Assembly (NCBI RefSeq): GCF_006345805.1
Contig: NW_021832982.1
Span: forward strand, 1 to 59,172
Direction: 5' to 3'
DNA: 59,172 nt
Source: Octopus sinensis
Lineage: Eukaryota
Positions within the stretch are counted from its first letter, which is position 1; each line of letters opens with the position of its first letter. The translations under genes and the position numbers were made by a program. Below, in pieces: positions 52,150 to 59,172 of the stretch. The notes under the pieces were generated by a model. That model was not told the DNA's origin. It saw only the letters and a list, made by a program, of their open reading frames with translations, and made no database searches.

Positions 52150-52230
52150 TGAGAGCGGTTTATATCAGACATCTAACATCGAGTCTTTCGTAACGTCAAT
52201 AGCAGTATATTGTTTATTGTGACGTCGCTA
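52150..52230 (-). promoter_or_regulatory. Putative promoter of the MARCH-like gene
   Basis: TATAAA on the minus strand at 52159-52164; CRE-like sites TAACGTCA (52191-52198) and TGACGTCG (52220-52227). Confidence 0.4.
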
Positions 52231-52509
52231 ACGAAAAATTGTGTTAACCACAGCATGTAATATAAACAGGAAGGCATATTTACTACTATCTGAATAATCA
52301 TGGTTTATGATTTATATATAAGAGGACGAACAAAATACATGTACACAAAATGTCTATGTATAAAGATTCAGGAATATGAATTTGCTTAGAGAATCCTGTA
52401 TAATTTAATCTGATTTCAGATGCAAATAGAACATCTATCTATCTATTATTCTGTCTATCCGCCCGTTCGTCTGTGTCTCTTTGTCTATTTCTTTTCTATG
52501 TGTGTGTGT

Positions 52510-52569
<60 letters not shown>

Positions 52570-52939
52570 TGTGCGGTTATGCGTACGTGCGTATTTGTGC
52601 GTATTGTATATGTTATGTATTGTATTGAAACACGACTATATTTTCTGTTTTCGTATGAGTTTCTTTACATTTCGTTTGAAACAATAAAGGTCCCTAATAC
52701 GCCATTAACGTTTCTAGACTTTTGCGGTGTCGTATTCAGGATGTGGACTGTTATTGACGCGTGTAACTGCTTCTTTTATTCTAGGTTTAAGTGTAGATTT
52801 ATCGCCAGAATATTTTGATACTCTATCACAGGAATTTAAAATTTAATCGTAAAGGTATTCAAGAATCACAGTGAGGTTAATAATGATGTATTTCAGAGTT
52901 TTAAAGTTCCAAAAGACTTGCGAAATGTTTATAAGAAAA

Positions 52940-53335
52940 CTAGCAGTATCACCCGGCGTTGCTCGGGTTTGTAAAGGAAATAACTATATAAGCATTTTTA
53001 GAGTTATAGCCAAAATATAGCAAAAAAATGCATTAAAAATGGAAAAAAAATTATGGTAATTTTTTTTTTAATCGTTGACTCATCGTAGACATTTTTAGAG
53101 AGTTACTTCCCTTACATAATAGCGAAAAAAATGCATTAACATGGAAAAAAATGATGGTAATTTTTTTTTTAAATCGTAGACTCATCGTAGACGTGCGCTA
53201 ATACCCAGAAGGGCTCGATATGAATCACGACTATAAGATACCCGGTTTCGGTTAAACTGCACCGCAAAATGTGGGAGTAGTTAGGAATCTGAATCGTAGG
53301 AGACAGACACATAACTTGACTTTTATATATAAAGA
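52940..53335 (-). mobile_element. Non-autonomous Helitron, same family as 3713-4219
   Basis: TC..hairpin..CTAG termini; shared internal GGGTATCTTATAGTCGTGATTCATATCGAGCCC. Confidence 0.88.
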
Positions 53336-53429
53336 TATGCTGAAGAAGAGAAAGAAAAAAGAGAGAGATAAAACTAAAATGTGTCTGAAATATTTTCTGG
53401 TCCTAAAAGAAAAGCTAGTGTGCAAGATG

Positions 53430-53900
53430 CTGTCCTAGCTATGCTCAAGATGTATTTTTGCCAGGACAGATCCTCGGTTATAGTAAGAGCAACTGTTGGA
53501 GCTCTAGTTAAGCCTCTGTTGGAGTGACTGTTGGAATACATGTAGGTTCGGTGTGTGACGTCTCGTTAGAGTATGGATAATGCATAGTAATGACGGTTCG
53601 TATCATGTCTCTGAGTGGGCGTTGATGGATGTGGCGGCAAGGACGTCATGCATGTATAAAATGAAGAGAATGAGAGGCAGAACAGAACCCTGGAGAACAC
53701 CAGAATTTATTGAGAATTGGCAGAAAGAAATCTGTCAACACAATGCTGCCTGGTAACCGAAAAAAAAAACGTTTAAAATTTTAATAAATGAACTTTATTA
53801 CCGATGTTTCGTTCTTTCGTGTGATTGTAGAAAGCCATTGGTACAACCATAACAGCAGATGTTACAAAATATGGCTGGAAAATCTAGTGGGGTAGTACTC
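53430..53900 (-). pseudogene. Old LINE reverse transcriptase remnant
   Basis: FSINSGVLQGSVLPLILFILYMHDV, a decayed SGVPQGSVLGPLLF.LY.ND motif. Confidence 0.75.
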
Positions 53901-53967
53901 TAGCTATTTCTCAATTTCTTCCCTGGTTTGTCGAATTCGACTCTTTTAAATTTTATATTTTTCATTT

Positions 53968-54900
53968 CAGGAGTGGCTGTGTGGTAAGTAGCTTGCTAAC
54001 CAACCACATGGTTCCGGGTTCAGTCCCACTGCGTGGCATCTTGGGCAAGTGTCTTCTGCTATAGCCCCGAGCCGACCACTGCCTTGTGAGTGGATTTGGT
54101 AGACGGAAACTGAAAGAAGCCTGTCGTATATATGTATATATATATATATATTATATATGTGTGTGTCTGTGTTTGTCCCCCTAGCATTGCTTGACAACCG
54201 ATGCTGGTGTGTTTACGTCCCCATCACTTAGCGGTTCAGCAAAATAAGTACTGGGCTTACAAAGAATAAGTCCCGGGGTCGATTTGCTCGACTAAAGGCG
54301 GTGCTCCAGCATGGCCGCAGTCAAATGACTGAAACAAGTAAAAGAGTAAAAGAGTAAAGAGTATTTGAGGTCATCATTAGTGGTCGTCATTTGAGATCAC
54401 TCACATTTTTCTGCAATGTCGTTTGATAGAGTTAATATAATGGGTTTTTTTTTGGTTTTTTTTGACAGTCCTTTTCGAAAGCATCTGCATTTCAGAACCT
54501 CGTAGAGAGAGAAAGGGAGAGATAGAAAGAGAGAGAGAGAGTGAGAGAGCGAGAGTGAGAGAGAGTAAGGAGGTATTTTCTGTCTAGTAAATTCCCTTGC
54601 AAGACATTGATTGGTCAACCTAGGGCTATAATAGGGAGACTAAACCCGAAACCACGTAGTTTAGAAGCAAACTACTTGACCATACAGCCACGCTATCTTT
54701 TATCCTTTACCTCTTCCAATCATTAGACTGTGGTCAGGCTGGGGCAACGTCTTGAAGAATTTTTAGTCGAAAGAATCGACCCCAATACTTCATTATTTTG
54801 TCAAGCCTGGTGCCTATTCTATCGGGCTGTTTTGCCGAACCGCTAAGTTACGAGGACATAAACACACCAACACCGGTTGTCAAACGGTGACAGGGGAAAA
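53968..54900. mobile_element. SINE family A copies (+ 53968-54362; older minus-strand pieces 54575-54900)
   Basis: Family A motifs. Confidence 0.82.
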
Positions 54901-54960
54901 CACATACACAAAGATAAACACACACGCACACGAACGCATGCATGTATGTATGTATGTATG

Positions 54961-54994
<34 letters not shown>

Positions 54995-55630
54995 TGTATG
55001 TAGTATGTATGTATGCATGTATGTATTTATGTATGCATGTATGTATAAGTCGCAACCGGGTGCTATTCCGTTTCTGCCAATTTTCCACGGAGAAACATAA
55101 GGTAAAGCTAAAATAAAAATAAAAATAAAAATAAAATAAAATAAATACAAATATAAAGGTCAATTTATAGGAGAGTAAACAGCATTTCATAAGATATTAA
55201 ATATCTTCATATCTTTCGCTTGCTTGACCCGTCCCTCCTTTCTGCTTAAATCCTCTCCTGCAACATCTGTATCCGATCAAACATTGTATGCCCACATCAA
55301 TATTTTAGCAGCTCCCATCTAACACGTAAACAAATAAATTACACAGGAGCTTAAATCGCCATTTCACTTTGTTTGACATTGCCACTCTATCTTGAAACTT
55401 TGACACTATGTCGGCGTTAAGTTGTTATGAAATTTCAAGCGCATTTTTATTTATTTTTCATTGATATCCCCCCCCCCCACATAGCAATAACTAAATAATA
55501 ATAGAAAAACAAAAACAGTAAGTTAGAAAGAGTGATATAGGGAGATACGCATATATATATAGAGGGAGATAGACACATAAACACACACACACATATGCAT
55601 ACGCATATCTAGATAGAAAAACGAAAGAGC

Positions 55631-55669
<39 letters not shown>

Positions 55670-55766
55670 CTCTTTATATATAATTTTATATTCGGGTAAC
55701 ACCTTGTAGTTTGATATACATATGTGTGTGAGTGTGTGTATGCGTATTTATATATATATAATTATA

Positions 55767-55817
<51 letters not shown>

Positions 55818-56328
55818 ATATATATATAAGATAAATATATGTAATTATATATAATATATATATATAATATATATATATAATATAATACATATATATAAGA
55901 TAAGTAGATATGTATTATACATATATGTGTGGAAGAGCGAGATAGAGAGAGAGAGAGAAAGAAAGAAGAGTGAGAGACAGAATGAGAGACAGAACAAGCG
56001 ATCAGAGCTGCAGGAATAATCGTCGTATGAATGAATGCATGTAAGTGTATATGTTGTTGTCAAGCGTTTATTGAAGTGATATTTCTAATGTGGAAGCATC
56101 CATTTAATCTGCAACAGAAATGCCTTTGACGTTACATTGGTCTTGTGCTCTTCCCAATTCAACAGTGGTTATCCATAAAGTATGCATGTTAGATATGTCA
56201 TCTTAAACTACCGAAAATCGTTATTGTTCAATGATGAATTTGTCGTAAATTATCGATGAGTTTATATAGAGAAAGAGAAGTAAAAGAAGAGAATGCGTAA
56301 ATGGAGGATATATGAGTATGAATAGAGT

Positions 56329-56355
56329 AATGATGATGATGATGATGACGACGAC

Positions 56356-56388
<33 letters not shown>

Positions 56389-56416
56389 GATGATGATGAT
56401 GATGATGATGATGAAG

Positions 56417-56492
<76 letters not shown>

Positions 56493-56680
56493 CATTATTA
56501 TTATTATTATTATTATTATCATTATTATTATTATTATTATTATTATCATTATTAATTATTATTATTATTATCATATTATTATTATTATTATTATTATCAT
56601 TATTATATATTATTATTATTATCATTATTATTATTATTACATTATTATTATTATTATTATTCTTATCATTATTATTATTA

Positions 56681-56718
<38 letters not shown>

Positions 56719-56730
56719 TATTATTATTAT
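56329..56730. repeat. (GAT)n/(TTA)n microsatellite
   Basis: Directly visible. Confidence 0.95.
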
Positions 56731-56789
56731 TTCTTTAATTTGCCACAAGGGCATCAGATACTGGGTAATATTACAAGGACAATGATAGT

Positions 56790-57029
56790 AATATTTTCAA
56801 TTTTGACACAAAGCCAACAATTTCGGAGTAGGAGTTTGTCCAGCCCGTACTTTTTTTACTGAATCCGAAGGAATGAAAGTCGACTTCACCAGTATTTGAA
56901 CTCAGAACGTAATGACGGACGAAATGTCGCTAAGCAATTACCCGGCGCATTTCGCCCGGCGTAGTAACGATTCTGTCGGTTCGCCGCCTTAATGATAACA
57001 ACAACAACAACAACAACTACAACAACAAC

Positions 57030-57078
<49 letters not shown>

Positions 57079-57603
57079 TAATAATAATAATAATCCATTC
57101 CACTTAAGGCACAAGGCCTGAAATTTGAGGTGGTGGAGACTAGTCGATTACATCGACTCCAGTATTTCACTGATCCGTAATTAATCGAACCCGAAAAGTT
57201 GAAATGCAAAGTCGACCTCGGCGGAATTTGAACTCAGAACGTAAAGACGAGCGAAATACCGCCAAGCGTTTGGCCCAGCACGCCGCCTTTATAATAATTA
57301 TAAACCTTTCTACTATAGGCGTAAGGCCTAAGATTTTTTGGGGGCGGGGGATAGCCAATTACATTACCCACCACCTCTGCAGTACACAACTGATACTTAT
57401 TTTAATAATAATCCTTTCTACAATAGGTACGAGGTCGGAAATTTGGAGGAAGGGGATATTCGTTTACCTCAACCCCAGTACTTAATTTATTGACCCCGAA
57501 AGGAAGAAGGCAAAGTCATCCTCCTTGGAATTTAAATTCAAAACATAGTGACGGGCGAAATACTGCTAAGCATTTCGTCTAGCGTGCTAACCATTCTACC
57601 ACC

Positions 57604-57605
<2 letters not shown>
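56790..57605 (-). mobile_element. Run of older SINE family D copies
   Basis: Three or more degenerate TTTGAACTCAGAACGT..GAAATAC units. Confidence 0.75.
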
Positions 57606-57640
<35 letters not shown>

Positions 57641-57681
57641 AATAAAATAATATAATAATAATAATAATAATAATAAAAATT

Positions 57682-58155
57682 TGCCCTGATGCAGTACCAG
57701 GCAGTGGCTCTCATGGCTTCTGATCTTAACTGATTGGAAGTGTTATCATGTACATTGTTTTGTCTTGGTATAAAAGATGGGCTACAGCAAATATTCTGCT
57801 CAATACCACAAATTTGCTCGTCAGTTGTTTGACCGTAACCAGTTGAGCATGTCCCTTAGTGGCTGACGTTATGTGCATCTCTGATCACAAGCAGAAGTAG
57901 TGGGGGAGTATCATAACCGTGTGTTGAGAGGTACTGTTTGGGGTTTGAATAATTCACCTCTGGAAACATGGGTGTTTCGTTCAACATCCTTAAACAACCC
58001 TTATTCAGAGACCTTTTGAGCAGGATGGGCTACTCGACCAGAAGAAAATTCTAACTGGGCCCCACCTGCAAGGTCATGTGCTGTTTATATTGATACGAGA
58101 TCACCATGTCGCGCACATATGGTTGTGATGCATGTGCCTGGTGTACCCTTATCAG
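57682..58155 (+). mobile_element. About 555-bp TAA-associated element, copy 3, 3'-truncated into (GAA)n
   Basis: Same start as copies 1 and 2 after (TAA)n; breaks at CCCTTATCAGA. Confidence 0.85.
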
Positions 58156-58693
58156 AAGAAGAAGAAGAAAAAGAAGAAGAAGAAGGAGGAGGAGAAGAAG
58201 AAGAAGAAGAAGGAGGAGGAGGAGGAGGAGGAGGAGAAGAAGAAGAAGAAGAAGAAGAAGAAGAGAAGAAGAAGAAGAAGAAGAAGAAGAAGAAGAAGAA
58301 GAAGGAGAAGAAGAAGTGCCGAAAAGATTGAGAATGAAGAGTATGGAAAGACAGATGAAGCAGAAGCATAAGAAGAGGATTGGGAGTAGGACGACTGGGG
58401 GGGAAAGGAAGACAAGCGGGGGGTAAATAAATGGAGAAAGAAGAAGAAAAGGAAGAAGGATGAGGAAGGGGCAGAAAAGAGGATATACAGAAGAAGAAGC
58501 AAGAAAAAGAAAGAAGGTAACGATGAAAAAGAGGACAGTTCCGTTCAACATTGCTTTCACGTATTGATTCCTTTACGAGGAGCTTTATTTATTTGATCCA
58601 AGCAGGCAGAGTGACAAACGGTTTAGTGACGAAGAGAAATGGAGAAGCCATATTCGTAGAATCATTTAAGCAGAGCTTTATTTACTTATTTGT

Positions 58694-58728
<35 letters not shown>

Positions 58729-59108
58729 TGATAGAAAACGCCGGTGTACATAGATGCACTCATATGTTTGTTTATAATTATATACGCACGTGAGGACAAA
58801 TAGATATATATATACGAATTGATTCTCACACACTATCACGCGCATATACAAAATATATACAAGTCATATAAACGCGTAGATTAACATATACAGGCTCGTA
58901 TATATATAACTTATATCCATTTCAAAGTTCACATTAAACATACACGAGGGACATAGATAATATACACAACTATAAACCAAGCCTACAATTCAAAATATAT
59001 ATATATATGTGTGTGTGTGTGTGTCTGTGTGTGTATGTATGCATGTATGTATGTATATATGCGTGTGTGTGTGTATGTATAGGTATATATATATATATAT
59101 ATATATTA

Positions 59109-59150
<42 letters not shown>

Positions 59151-59172
59151 AATGGACAAACGAAAGAAGAGC

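Noticed and set aside
52770-52860. Plus-strand exon after TTCTTTTATTCTAG
   Set aside because: Stops in all three frames and a weak donor.

Overview
This is a eukaryotic, repeat-saturated window. The SINE repertoire and microsatellite density suggest an octopus or other coleoid cephalopod; that is recognition from memory, not a database match. Only one convincing host gene is present: an intronless MARCH2/3-like RING-CH E3 ligase ORF (51226-52044, -). The rest is microsatellites plus mobile-element debris: several modular tRNA-derived SINE families, three non-autonomous Helitrons, three mariner relics, Tigger- and hAT-like MITEs, CR1-group LINE fragments, an R4/Dong-like fragment in a (TAA)n array, and a 5'-truncated Penelope-like element (RT plus GIY-YIG). 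Almost all short six-frame ORFs are translated microsatellites. The most interesting hidden layer is nine hammerhead-ribozyme-like motifs from three element families. (i) A 172-bp fold-back palindrome encodes type I hammerheads back-to-back on both strands (13388-13559). (ii) A tRNA-headed SINE carries a Penelope-type minimal hammerhead (3053-3712, two copies). (iii) Penelope pseudo-LTRs carry a family-fixed variant core (CUGUNGA). Two of these elements are inserted in the internal (TA)n tract of a SINE.
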